Shown: positions 10,481 through 22,951 of the stretch, piece after piece
Layout of the letters: each line of letters begins with the position of its first letter
How positions within the stretch are numbered: position 1 is the first letter of the stretch
DNA from: Octopus vulgaris
Lineage: Eukaryota
Assembly (NCBI GenBank): GCA_951406725.2
Contig: OX597840.1
Coordinates: forward strand, 15,872,001-15,936,000
Direction: 5' to 3'
DNA: 64,000 nucleotides
Program-made: the position numbers and the translations under genes
Notes under the pieces: generated by a model
Told to the model about the DNA's origin: nothing
The model's input: only the letters and a program-made list of their open reading frames with translations
The model's database searches: none

Positions 10481-11132
10481 CGGATCAACGAGATTCCCAC
10501 TGTCCCTATCTACTGTCTAGCGAAACCACAGCCAAGACCCTGTTGAGCTTGACTCTAGTCCGGTTTTGTGAGGGCACACGGTAGGCGTAGCATAGGCGGT
10601 AGCATTCGCGTTGCCCCGCGCCGGGCGCTGCCGTCACCGGCGGCGCGCTGGCGTGCTGTTCGTTGTCCGCCGTCGCGCCTCGCGTGCGGCGGTCGGTTTC
10701 GTCGGTGCGCCGTGGGCGCCGTCGGCTAAGCGCGTTCGACGTCGGGGTGTCGCGCGCGTTTGCGACGATGAAAAACCGCCACTTCCGTAGTTTCCTCGCT
10801 CACTCGATGGAGAAGGGATCGGGCCGTCGCCGAGCGGTGGTTCATTATCTGGTGCGAAGCGCGCGGTGCATGTCGAGCGCCTTTGCGGGCGCCGGCGCAG
10901 CCGATGCGCGACCCTTAGTCGAGAACAGTGTCGGTCGGGGAGTTTGACTGGGGCGGTACGTCTGTCAAACGGTAACGCAGGTGTCCCAAGGCGAGCTCAG
11001 CGTGGACGGAAACCACACGTCGAGCAAAAGGGCAAAAGCTCGCTCGATCTCGATTTTCAGTACGAATACGGACCGCAAAAGCGTGGCCCATCGATCCTTT
11101 CCGAATTACAGCGGCGAGCTATGCGTCCGCCG

Positions 11133-11175
<43 letters not shown>

Positions 11176-11198
11176 GGCCAAGCGTTCGCAGCGACGTC

Positions 11199-11235
<37 letters not shown>

Positions 11236-11277
11236 CGAAGCAGAATTCGCAAAGCGTTGGATTGTTCACCCACTAAC

Positions 11278-11324
<47 letters not shown>

Positions 11325-11912
11325 TCCTACCGATGCATCGCGCGTACGCGGCGCCCCGAGTCGCGTCGGGGTACTCGGCGTGCGGTCGAGGCGGCGGCGC
11401 GCTCGCGCGTCCGTCCGTCCTGGCCGTGCCGCCGGCGTTTCTCCGGCCGACCTTAGGCGGGCGTCGGCAACGTCAACTCGGCTACGGCTATCCCGTCCAG
11501 TACGAGAGGAACCGCGGGATCAGAGCAACGGTTTGCGCGCTCGCTCGATAGAGCGGTGGTGCCAGGCTGCCTCTGAGCGATAACGGCTGAACGCCTCTAA
11601 GCCGGAACCGTAGCCGGACCCGAGTTGTTTTCCAAAAGCGTCTCAACCTCAAGGCGCATGCCTTAGCTCGGCGTTCGCCGTTCGCGCGGCGAGCAGCAGC
11701 GTCGCCGGCGGAATTGCCATTCGGGGACGCGACGGCGGCTGCGGCGTTCGCGCCATGGTCGTCTGCTCGTCGTCCCGCCCCGACTAGTTCGAAGAGATCG
11801 AGACGAAAGGGATCGCTTGCATACGACCCGACTTGCCGTTCGGAGTGACGTGCTTAGTAGAGCAGCTACCACACTGCGATCTATTGAGTCTCTTCTCGCG
11901 AACGACACGATC
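10441..11912 (+). rRNA. 28S rRNA 3' part (ectopic copy with an internal deletion of about 34 nt)
   Basis: TAGCCAAATGCCTCGTC, GGGGAGTTTGACTGGGGCGGTAC, AAAAGTTACCACAGGGATAACTGGCTTGTGGC, sarcin-ricin loop AGTACGAGAGGAACC (about 11499), terminal CTGCGATCTATTGA. GC-rich expansion segments. 3' end approximate. Confidence 0.97.
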
Positions 11913-12390
11913 CGCCCCTTCGAGGCGGAGAAGCGGGAGGAGGTGAGGAAAGATGTCGAAATTGTTGCGGCTTGGAGTCGGAGTCGGAGTTACGAAGTGT
12001 TGCGTTGCGTCTCGTCTCGTCACGTCTTGTCCGCGTCGAACGACTCGGCGCGCGGTAATAGTCGTCGTTGCCGTAACCGCCTTCGTCTCGGCCGCCGAAT
12101 CGAGCGCGCGTCGGCTTAGCAGCGCGCGCTCCGTTGCGGGTTCGTTTAGGTGAGAAGTGGGAGAAACGGAACCTCCTGCTTAGTGCGCGAGTAGACGGGG
12201 TTGCTGCGCCAACGTGCAGCACCGTGACCGATCGTAACTTTCTGTACCGCCGACGAGTCGTCGCCCGTCGGCGTCCGGCTCGGGCCCCGGTCTCGCGGAG
12301 CGACGGACAAACTCTGAGTAGAACACGGCGACTGCGTGTTGTCGAAGCGGCGACTTCTCGGCATCGTCGTCCGATTGGCGAGGCGCCGCG

Positions 12391-12565
12391 TGAACGGATC
12401 GAAGGCGAGGAGCGTGTCCCTATCTACTGTCTAGCGAATGCAGAGCCGAGGGTACGGGCTTGAAGAAGTTCTCGGTATCGAGCGCGGGTAAACGGCGGGA
12501 GTAAGGTGAACGGATCGAAGGCGACGAGGATATTGCCGTTGTCCCTACCTACTACTGTCTAGCGA
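12391..12565 (+). repeat. Two diverged copies (116-bp period) of the 28S R1/R2 target region inside the IGS
   Basis: tgtccctatctactgtctagcgaa (12415-12438) is identical to 10501-10524. agcgcgggtaaacggcgggagtaa (12481-12504) is conserved 28S sequence normally just upstream of the R2 site. Confidence 0.88.
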
Positions 12566-12574
12566 TAAGCAGAG

Positions 12575-13037
12575 CTGAGTTACGACGAAGACCACGAGTG
12601 TGTGTGTCCGTGTGTTATCGAAGCGGCGATTTCACTTGAGAGAGTTCTCGGTCGAGTGTACGAGTCGAAAGAGTTATGCGGCCGGTTGATTGCCGGGGAG
12701 TAAGTCTGAGTTACGACGAAGACCACGAGTGTGTGTGTCCGTGTGTTATCGACGCGCATCGAAGCGGCGATTTCACTTGAGAGAGTTCTCGGTCGAGTGT
12801 ACGAGTCGAAAGAGTTATGCGGCCGGTTGATTGCCGGGGAGTAAGTCTGAGTTACGACGAAGACCACGAGTGTGTGTGTCCGTGTGTTATCGACGCGCAT
12901 CGAAGCGGCGATTTCACTTGAGAGAGTTCTCGGTCGAGTGCACGAGTCGAAAGAGTTATGCGGCCGGTTGATTGCCGGGGAGTAAGTCTGAGTTACGACG
13001 AAGACCACGAGTGTGTGTGTCCGTGTGTTATCGACGC
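12575..13037 (+). repeat. 141-bp IGS tandem subrepeat, about 3.3 units
   Basis: ctgagttacgacgaagaccacgag recurs at 12575, 12706, 12847, 12988. Confidence 0.97.
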
Positions 13038-13092
13038 GAGCGACGCGGTCCGACCCGTAAGTCGAAGGAATCAGACCCGTATGCTTGCGGGT

Positions 13093-15310
13093 CGGCCCCG
13101 GCTGGATAGTCACGCCTCTAGGTGACCGTCGCACCCCAAGGGGGGTCAGGACTATATTGAGGGCTTGCAGTCGGCAGGTGGATGTCTCCGGGACCGTTCG
13201 GAAGGATGCCAGAGACGTCAGCCTACGACGCCGTCAGCCCGGCGGGCGGCCGCCGCCTTCGCGCCGCCTCGCTTTCTCCCGTTCGTCCACGCCCCGCGGG
13301 GCCGTTTGCGGCAGGCCTGCGCCTGTCGCCCGTTCCTCCGCCGCGCTACCGCGCCCGAAATCGAAAGAACGAACCCAAGCTCGCGGTACGGCCCACGGAC
13401 GCGTGGACGTAGCCGCCACCGATGCCGGAAGGCGTTCACGAGATGCACGCGGTCGATACGGAGACGCGGTCCGTCCCGTAAAATCCCGAAGGATGACAAA
13501 CTGCGGCTAGCAAGAGGTAGCGGCGGAAGGCCTGCGCCGGTCGCCCGTTGCTCCGCCGCCCTACCGTGCCCGAAATCGAAAGAACGAACCCAAGCTCGCG
13601 GTACGGCCCACGGACGCGTGGACGTAGCCGCCAGCGATGCCGGAAGGCGTTCACGAGGGGCACGCGCTCGATACGGCGACGCGGTCCGTCCCGTAAAATC
13701 CCGAAAGATGACAAACTGCGGCTAGCGCGAGGTAGCGGCAGGCCTGCGCAAGGCCTGCGCCTTTCGCCCGCGTCTCCGCAGCCAAACCGTGCGTGAAATC
13801 GAAAGCACGAAACTAAGCGGGGGGTGTCGGCCACGTACGAGTGGACCTAGCCGCGACCGATGTTGCGAGGTACGGGCGTTCGATACGGCGACGTGGTCCG
13901 TCTCGTAAATTCCCGAAAGATGACAAACTGCGGCGGGCCTGCGCCCGCCTTCGCCCGCGCCTTCGCCCGCGCCTTCGCCCTCGCCTCCGACGCGCTACCG
14001 CGAGGCTGAAGTAAGGGCTTAAGCGAAGCTTGCGCTCTCGCCCACGTACACGTGGACGTAGGCGCGATCGATGCCGTCAGTCGCCGGGAGTGCGTGGCGA
14101 CATGCACCGGGTAAAAACAGCGACGTGGTCCGACCCATGAGTTAAGGAGGTGCTCGGACCGTAAGCAAACGGATCGGCCCCGGCTGGATAGTCACGCCTC
14201 TAGGTGACCGTCGCACCCCAAGGGGGTCAAGACTATATTGAGGGCTTGCAGTCGGCAGGTTGATGCCTCGGGGACCGTTCGGCAGGATGCCAGAGACGTC
14301 AGCCTGCGACGCCGTCAGCCCGGCGGGTGGCCGCCGCCTTCGCGCCGCCTCGCTTTCTCCCGTTCGTCCACGAGCCGCGGGGCCGTTAGCGGCAGACCCG
14401 CGCCGGTAACCCGTTCCTCCGCCGCGCTACCGTGCCCGAAACCGAAAGAACGAACCCACGCTCGCGGTACGGCCCACGGACGCGTGGACGTAGCCGCCAC
14501 CGATGCCGGAAGGCGTTCACGAGATGCACGCCGTCGATACGGCGACGTGGTCCGTCCCGTAAAAACCCGAAAGATGGCAAACTGCGGCTAGCACGGTCGC
14601 CCGTTGCTCCGCCGCCCTAGCGTGCCCGAAATCGAAAGAACGAACCTAAGCTCGCGGTGCGACCCCCGTACGCGTGGACGTAGCCGCCACCGGTGCCGGA
14701 AGGCGTTCACGAGATACCGGCGCTCGATAGGAGTACGTGGTCCGTCCCGTAAAATCCCGAAAGATGACAAACTGCGGCTGGCACGAGGTAGCGGCGGAAG
14801 GCGTGCGCCGGTCGCCCGCGTCTCCGCCGCCCTACCGTGCGTGAAATCGAAAGCACGAACTTGAGCGTGCGGTCTCGCCCACGTACGCGTGGACGTAGCC
14901 GCGACCGATGTCGCGAGGTGCGGGCGTCCGATGCGGCGACGCGGTCCGTCCCGTAAATTCCCGAAAGATGACAAAGTTGCGGCCAGTGCAGGCAACGGCC
15001 GATAGCGGCGGGCATGCGCCCGCCTTCTACCGCCTTCGCCCGCAGCTCCGCCGCGCTACCGCGAGGCTCGAGTGGGGCTTAAGCGAAACTTGCGCTCTCG
15101 CCCACGTACACGTGGACGTAGGCGCGATCGATGCCGTCAGTCGCCGGGAGTGCGTGGCGATATGCACCGGGTAAAAACAGCGACGTGGTCCGACCCATGA
15201 GCAAGGAGGTGCTCGGACCGTAAGCAAACGGATCGGCCCCGGCTGGATAGTCACGCCTCTAGGTGACCGTCGCACCCCAAGGGGGTCCAGACTAATATGT
15301 AGGGTTGTGG
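13093..15310 (+). promoter_or_regulatory. Candidate Pol I spacer promoters (13093, 14175) and gene promoter (15234), separated by enhancer-like subrepeats of about 215 bp
   Basis: Block cggccccggctggatagtcacgcctctaggtgaccgtcgcaccccaagggg occurs three times, followed by actatattgaggg (twice) or actaatatgtaggg. These resemble TATA-GGG type rDNA initiation sites. Period about 1.07 kb. Confidence 0.6.
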
Positions 15311-15976
15311 TTGATCGGCATAGGTTAGCGTCTCGGAGGGATGTCCTCGTAGCTCCTTTTCTGACGACGGTTAGCTCCCCGTTTGCCGGTGCAAGATCGA
15401 CTCTACACGGCCGGCGCGTCCTCGAATTTCCGCCGCCGAACCGCCCGCCTTTCAGACGCTGCGTTCGCCCGCCCGTTGACGCCCGCGTTTGCCCGCCTTC
15501 GCCCGCCTTTTGAAGCTCGCCTTCGCCCGCCTCTGGACGTCCGCTTCTTCACGCCCGCCTATTAGACGCTGCGTTCTACCCGCATCTTTCGACGCACGCC
15601 TTCGCCCGCCTTCGCCCGCCTACGTCCGCCTTCGCCCGCCTCCGGACGTCCGACTTTGCCCGCCTTTCAGACGCCGCTGCGTTCGCCCGACCCTTTCGAC
15701 GCACGCGTTTGCCCGCCTTCGCTCGCTCGCCCGCCGGCAACCGCCGCACAAGCGCTCTTTACGTAGGGTCGCGGCCGAACGGCATAGGTGGACCGCCTGG
15801 AAGGGATGTTGTCGGCGCTCCTTTCTGCCAACGGTTAGATCCCTTATTGCCGGTGCAAGGTCGACTCTACACGGCTGGCGCGTCCTCGAATGTCTGCCGC
15901 CGCCGCCACACCGCCCGCCTTTCAGACGCGCTCCCTCGACGCCCGCGTCTGCCCGCCTCTTCACGCTCGCCGGTTC

Positions 15977-16052
15977 GTGCCACACAGTGGGACTGAACCC
16001 GGAACCATGTGGTTGGGAAGCAAACTTCTTACCACCCAGCACGCTTGCACCT
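15977..16052 (-). mobile_element. SINE family A head, truncated at the rDNA junction
   Basis: gtgccacacagtgggactgaacccggaaccatgtggttgggaagc is the reverse complement of the head. Confidence 0.8.
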
Positions 16053-17079
16053 ATATATATATGTGTGTGTGCGTGTGTGTGTGTGTGTTGGTTGGCAGGC
16101 TGGGTGAGTTGGTTGAGTGGATGGAGAAGTGGATTGACAGGAAGGTATCAGGTGCTTGCTTGTGTTTTTTTATGGGTCCAGGAAAGAAAATATTAAAGGG
16201 GTTCAATAAACACTGTATCCCATATCTTTATACATAATACTGTCTGTCTGTCTGTCTGTGGCTGTGTGTCAGTGTAAGTGTGTGTGTGTGTGTGTGTGTA
16301 ATGGGTGATTAACAAGAGGTGGGTAGTGGGTGTGATTATGAAGGAAGAGTTGACTGATAAATCAAGTTAGACTGGAATAGAGTTCTCTGGGTAGGGGTGG
16401 GGGAGGATTCTTTGTTTATGATTTTTTTATTCATTCTTTTTTTTTTGTCTGTTTGTAACCTTTTCCCACCAAGAACTTGGTCGCACCCATCATACCATCG
16501 GCAACAACAACATCAATTACACTCCACCACTACCACCACCTTGTTGCTACTTCTGTCACAAGCATAACTGTTACCACCACAAAAACTTCTACCAACATAT
16601 CTTCCAACGCCACCATCCCCCTCCACTACCACCACCACCACCGACACGGCCGACACCATCATCACAACTATCACCAGAACCATTGCATCATCATTCACCC
16701 ACCACAACCATCCACACCTCCTTCACCACCATCAACATCAAAACCACCGCCGCCGCCGCCATCATCATCATCATCACTGCTAACAACAACCACTGACTAC
16801 TACCGCCTCAACTTTACCATTTTAACTGCCCTCCCATAACTAGGACTCCCTCCCACATACACAACCATCACCACCACTTCCACCGTCACCACCATATACC
16901 AACATAACTTTTCTATTACCCAAAACAATCAGTACGTGAGAGTGTGTATGTATACAGGATTGAATGTGTCTGTGTGTATGTGTGTGTGTATGTGTGTGTG
17001 GGGGTGCGTGTCCAAGAGTGCCCATATGTGTGTGTGTGTGTGTGTGTGGTGTGTAAGTAGTTCTATGTATATGTGAAAC

Positions 17080-17424
17080 TGTGTCCTGTCACAGTTCTAC
17101 AGCCGGGCACTTCAGCAGATGTTCCAGTTGTTGTTGTTTTTGTGCGTGTGTGTCGCGTTATTGTTGCTTCTGTTGTTGTTGTCGTCGTCGTTCGTTTCGA
17201 CCGAGAGAGAGAGAGAGAGAGAGGGAGAAAGAAAAAGAAGAAGAAGAATTTGGTTGTGTCACGCCTTTCCTTTTTCTTCTTTCTCTTTTAAATGAAATAA
17301 CGAACACATACACGCACGCGTCCACGCGCACACACATACACAGGCTCGTACACAGATACACAGACACGCACACACCCGTGATTATTCTAACTCGAACGGG
17401 GATCTACCGAACAACACGGTGAGT
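17080..17424 (+). other. Candidate non-coding first exon of a host gene
   Basis: Unique CpG-retaining stretch with GA/GAA runs, ending in consensus donor ACG|GTGAGT (GT at 17419). Confidence 0.35.
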
Positions 17425-17439
17425 TTTTCTCTGTGTGTG

Positions 17440-17473
<34 letters not shown>

Positions 17474-19724
17474 TATGTATGTGTGTGTGTGTGTGTGTAT
17501 ATATATATGTACACATTTAATTTAGTTTAAACATATACATATGCACGTGTTTTTTTATGTCTGTGTGTAAGATATGTGCATGTATAATATACATACATGT
17601 GTATATATATTCATACACAATACATCGTTTATTGTTATTCTTATTCCTATCATTGAGTCAATTGCTGTTGTATACCCGGTAAAGCGCTGCACAAAATATT
17701 TCTTAGCAGTTATCCAGTTACAGCTCTTTACCCTTATCGTTGCGAGTTCCAATCCCGCCTTGACTGACTTAACTTTCATTCCAATCGTACATCAGGTTCC
17801 ATAAGTACCTGCTCCTCTCCATGGTCCCAGGAATAGGTACTAGATCTGATTTAATGTACAAGTTCTGGTTGTAAGTATGGCCTATGTAATTTAAGATATC
17901 CACTTCGCAAATTTAAGAGTTTCCAGTTCAGTCGCATTTCGCGGCACTTTAGAAACGTGTCTTCTACTAGATTAACTAAAATCTTTTGAGTAAATTTTCG
18001 TCGACGGAATCTCTGACGAAGCCCATATAAAAGAGTACAGTATCTGTTTTATGGCTTGTTGTCTTTGAGTACCTTTGCTGGAGTCTACTCTGGGAAAGAC
18101 TTCCGTCCGGACACGGGTAGTTTTATCCATTCTACGAAGCAGGCCGATCGCCAGACTTTGGTGCCTGGCGGGTACTTCAGAATATTCTGGATGGGGAATA
18201 ATTTATATTACGACAAAACTTTCGTAAACTATATTTTCTATATTTGAGGGTGCGTCGTTGAACAGTGAGGGGGCAGTGCCATTCAGTTCCCCACCTTAAC
18301 GACAGGTTGTTGTTGTTGTCTGGCCATAAAACACGATCATGTTGATATTTAGCAAGATAAACAAGGTTTTATCCATAAATCCGTGGTTTTGCTTATATAA
18401 TGCTTCATAGATGAATGCCATTAATTTTTTTCTGTGGTTGCAGTTGTTGGTGTTGCTAATCCCTAGATTATCCTTCATTTAGCAGGGCTATCATTTAAAC
18501 ATATTCCACCCGTGATCATCCTACCTTTTGTCAGTTACACTATGATGAAGACCAGATGTTATAGGGGTGGTGGTCATCGGGTAAATCGGTCCCGAAATCG
18601 GAGACTCGAGGGAGGGCCCGGCAGTATTTTGATAGAATTCTCTTGTGGACCTCAAAAATGAGATGACGCCTCAAAAAATGCTTAAAATAGAATCTTCGGA
18701 AACCCCTTTAATTTCGAGACCTCCATCTCCTTGCCCCCACACCGTCAGGGCTCGAAGGTAGTCTTGTTCCGCTTTATGGGATTTTTCCCAGAGACCCTCT
18801 ACGATCACATTATCCAGCATGTCCTTCCATTGTTGTTGTTCAGACGGAGACTTGGCTGTTATCTTTAGCAAATCGAACGACCACATAGAAGCACATTCGT
18901 TGAATCTATACGTTGTTGTTGATCTGCTCATTGTCATCTTTTAGCGAGTAAGTCTATGATCAGACATTCCAACAGCGACTACACCAACATTTTAGCGTGA
19001 TTACACTATTCCTATAGTGAAATAGCCTGAGCGTGTGCCGCCCAGCGCACCCCTTCAGCTTCACTCACCGTTCTCTATACAGGCTCATACAGCAGACCCA
19101 AAAGTGCCGCCCAGAAACGACCACCTCCATATCCCCCACCTCACCGCACCCCAGTTATGCTACTGCATTCAAAATGTCCTTTTTTTTTCTAAAGCTGTAA
19201 GGTATAGTTTTAAGGAAATTTAACTGCTATTTTTAGCAGATAGAATGCTCACTTTGAAGCTCCCACTTGTGCCAGTGTTAAATTGGATGTAATGCCCAGC
19301 TGCAGCTTGGCCTGGTTGTCCTCTTTCCAGTGTCCACTCTGTTGGAAAGTGGTGACAAATATTACTCCTCAGTATAGTTACTACTTTCATCTCTTATTGA
19401 GATTTTTCTAATTACTCTGCTTGTTGTAAGATCAGTGACCGATGGTCACTTATTTTTCTACATATTGCAAGCTGAAGCTAATCCCTACTATTTCTAACAG
19501 TCGGGTGTTTATGACTGAAGATGGGCACAAATAATCTGAAACCATTCGGTCTTGTGATCCTGTCATTTGGTGGAAGATAGTAGGGTTTTGGTCCCCTGCT
19601 TGCAATATATACAGGGTGCAGGTTGCACCAGTAACCAGCAGGTAGAGGCTCTGCTTGGGGTTAAACAATAGTAACATCAAACGACCATATTGACATGGCA
19701 ACAAACATCACTCCTCAGTATACG

Positions 19725-20246
19725 CTTTTACTTGTTTCAGTCATTTGACTGTGGCCAAGCTGGAGCACCACCTTTAGTCAAGCAGATCGACCCCAGGACT
19801 TATTCTTTGTAAGCCTAGTACTTATTCTATAAGTCTCTTTTGCCAAACAGCTAAGTTACGGGGATGTAAACACACCACCATCAGTTGTCAAGCGATGCTG
19901 GGGGGACAAACACACACACACATACATACATATCACGTGATCACGTGACCGACCAGACCATCAGATGTTATTACACATCGCTGGTCACAATGCGTCCGCA
20001 TTGTTTTAACCTTCGAATGACGCCACCCCGCTGGCTAAGCAAGCAGGCCAACAGAAGAAAGGGTGGGAGAAAGAGTGGTGAAAGAGTACAGCAGGGATCA
20101 CCACCCCCTGCCGGAGCGTCTTGGAGCTTTTAGGTGTTTTCGCTCATTAAACACTCACAACGGCCGGTCTGGGAATCGAAACCGCGATCCTGCGACCGCG
20201 AGTCTGCTGCCATAACCACTGGGCCATTGCGCCTCCACACACACAT

Positions 20247-20333
<87 letters not shown>

Positions 20334-20486
20334 GCTTCTTTCAGTTTCCGTCTACCAAATCCACTCACAAGGCTTGGTCGACCCAGGGCTATGGTAGAAG
20401 ACACTTGCCCAAGGTGCCACGTAGTGGGAATGAACCCGGCACCATGTGGTTGGTAAGCAAGCTACTTACCACACAGCCACTCCTGC
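19725..20486 (-). mobile_element. SINE family A with nested family-C SINE (19935-20237)
   Basis: A-type tail 19725-19915 and head 20325-20486. Nested C head ggaggcgcaatggcccagtggtta on the minus strand. Confidence 0.85.
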
Positions 20487-21035
20487 AGCTGTATAGTTAC
20501 TATTTTCATTTTTTATAGAGATTTTTCTAACTAGCTACTTCACTTGTTGGATTATAAAAGCTTTTAACAGTGAAATAATTAAAAAATTAATAGACAGACG
20601 TAAAATTTATTTTATAGATTGCAGGTTAATGACTTCTCTGTGCCTGATGGGATCTAGCTAAGTTTTCTATGTCAGGCTGAGCAACTATGGAGGTTCTACA
20701 CAGTTGCTTGGTCTGCTAGAAATAGCAGCACACTTCTCTCTAATTTTATTTTAATCACTATTACTAGTTATATCATGTATGATATAGGTACTAGAGGTAA
20801 AATTTAGTATGTTAATTATGTTATCTCACTCCTACCCCTCACTGCCCTTAAAGCCTAATGCCCCCTTCAACATGCACAGCAACCTCCTTTGGGGCAGTAC
20901 CACCCATGATGAGAACCTCTGATGTAGGGTATAGTAAAGTGGGGTGGTTTATATAGGGGTACAATGATGTAGGAAGTAACAGAGTTATAACATGAGATTA
21001 TATTGAAGATATGTAAGTGTGGATCAACAACAGTA

Positions 21036-21350
21036 AAAAAACGATAAACATCACCCTTTTCAAGCCTAGCCAGGCACATGGGCCCAGTTTCTGTGGCGTA
21101 TGTGTTCCCCCCCAGCTTGACGGGACAGCAGTCCATTGCAGCGTTACTCAAGAACAGGAAGAAAGAGTGAGAGAAAGTTGTGGCGAAAGAGTACAACAGG
21201 GGTCGCCACCACCCCCTGCCAGAGCCTCATGGAGCTTTAGGTGTTTTCACTCAATAAACACACACAACGCCTGGTCTGGGAATCGAAAGCTCGATCCTCC
21301 AACTGCAAGTCCGCTGCCCTAATCACTACACTAGGCCATTGTGTCTCCAC
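21036..21350 (-). mobile_element. SINE family C (second tail type) with 13-bp TSD
   Basis: atcaacaacagta flanks both sides (about 21023 and 21351). Confidence 0.8.
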
Positions 21351-21803
21351 ATCAACAACAGTATTGTCCCAAATGTCTGTGTAAGAGCATCACTGTCCCA
21401 GATTTGTTTGTGTACCAGCAGCACATCTGGGACACTGTTTTTACACTGGTCCCATTTGTTTGTGGTTATAATGTAGTGCTGAAAGCTCAGAAAAATAGCA
21501 GTTGCGGGTGAAAGTCTCCCAGCATTGTTATCTTCATTAGCAGCAAAAGTAACAGAGTTACAACATGGGATTACATTGGAGATGTGTAAGTGTGTATCGG
21601 TAGCAGCATTGTCCCTGATGTCTTTCTGTCACAACAGCACTCTTCCGAATGTCTTTGTAACAGCAACATTGTCCCTGATTTGTTTGTATAACAGCAGTAC
21701 AGTTGGGTCACCACTGCTGTTTACACACACAGATATTCACTCTCTCTGATGGCTGTAGTTATAATATTATAGTGTTAAAAGCACTGAGAAACAACAGCAG
21801 AAG

Positions 21804-22295
21804 TGGAGGTGCAATGGCCCAGTGGTTAGGACAGCAGACTCGCGGTCATAAGAACGCAGTTTCAATTCCCAGAGAGGGCATTGTGAGTGTTTATTGAGCA
21901 AAAACACCTAAGCTCCACGAGGTTCCAGCAGGGGGTAGTGGTGAACCCCGCTGTACTCTTTCACCACAACTTTCTCTCACTCTTTCTTCCTACTTCTGCC
22001 ACAAAGCAGAGGGACCATAGTGTAACCCACTATGGGTTGGTAAACTTTCAGACCCTAGTCTAGATTACGAATCCTCTGTACCCAAGGATGGTTCAGCTCT
22101 CCACCCGTTAAAAGCCACCGTTTACAGAATGAGGATAACAACGTAGCTTTCGTGCCCATGCAACCGCCAGTCTATCGCGTGTGGTGGGTGAATCTTCAAG
22201 TTGCCACACGCATTCTTAGTAGCTGGGAGTAGGCTCGAATTAGAGATTATTCTTTGTGGCTAATGGCGTGAGTCCTGATTGGAAGAAGAAGAAGA
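21804..22295 (+). mobile_element. SINE family C, long form with (GAA)n tail
   Basis: tRNA-like head with TGGCCCAGTGG and GTTTCAATTCC boxes. Closely matches the inverted copy at 27043-27610. Confidence 0.88.
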
Positions 22296-22951
22296 CAGCA
22301 GCAGGTGAAGGTCTCCCAGCATTGGGAGACCTAGATTTCTGCTGTTAGCTTCATCAGCAACAAAAGTAACTGAGAGAGATTACATTGGAAATATGTGTGT
22401 ATCAACTGCAGCGTTGTCCCTGATGTCTTTGTGTTGCAGCAGCACTGTCCCAGATTTGTTTGTGTAACAACAGCACATCTGGGACAGTTCTGCTCTTTAC
22501 TCACACAGACTCTGAGTCTGTGGTTATAAAATTAGCACAGTCCGTGGGTGTGCAACTGTAGCCTCATCGTAGCTTTAGGAGTGGCACTCGATTATGGACC
22601 CCCACCTGAACTTTATAAAAGATTGTTAGTTGGGCATGTTGGGGAGCTGAAGTATTTCTTAGCCCAGAAAAGAAAGACCAGTGTCTTTGATGTAGTTTTT
22701 ACAATGTCAAAGATGTGTGCTGACCAAAAGAGGGATCCTCAATGACAACAAGGTCAGACATTTAAAGTAATCAAGAGGTCTCAAAGTTAAGTGCTGTTCA
22801 TGTTTAAGGGTGCAATGTACAGTAATGTTTTCTACATATGAGTAGTTTGGTATTGTCATAGCTAGAACATTGATAATTGCATGTCTGTCTGGATAATAGG
22901 CGACCTAGGGCTAAACAGAGACAAAAACCACTCATCAAAGACAAGTGCACA

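Larger units (their letters stand above)
11913..15976 (+). other. rDNA 3'ETS, intergenic spacer and start of 5'ETS
   Basis: GC- and CpG-rich, contiguous with the 28S end, built of nested subrepeats. Ends abruptly against a truncated SINE head. Confidence 0.85.

Noticed and set aside
7706-12463. Numerous 60-150 aa ORFs on both strands over the GC-rich block
   Set aside because: They overlap 28S rRNA or spacer. High GC suppresses stops, and no domain motifs are present.
12580-13134. 184-aa ORF with 47-aa repeats
   Set aside because: By-product of the 141-bp IGS repeat, whose length is a multiple of three.
12575-15300. CRISPR-like regular repeats or bacterial contamination
   Set aside because: Units are fully repeated with no unique spacers, there are no cas genes, and the block is contiguous with eukaryotic 28S.
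16477-16839. His/Pro/Thr-rich 120-aa ORF
   Set aside because: Degenerate (CAC)/(CAT) trinucleotide tract with no splice or domain support.
18257-18270. gttgaacagtgagg match to the 5' end of the Tx1-like element
   Set aside because: Only 14 nt with no further similarity; compatible with chance.
21804-21880. tRNA gene
   Set aside because: The tRNA-like head continues into a SINE body and lacks a proper acceptor stem. Treated as SINE.
20975-22520. Degenerate repeats of about 30 bp (cagcattgtccctgatgtcttt...) in three blocks
   Set aside because: Old minisatellite or local duplication broken by SINEs, with no sustained reading frame.
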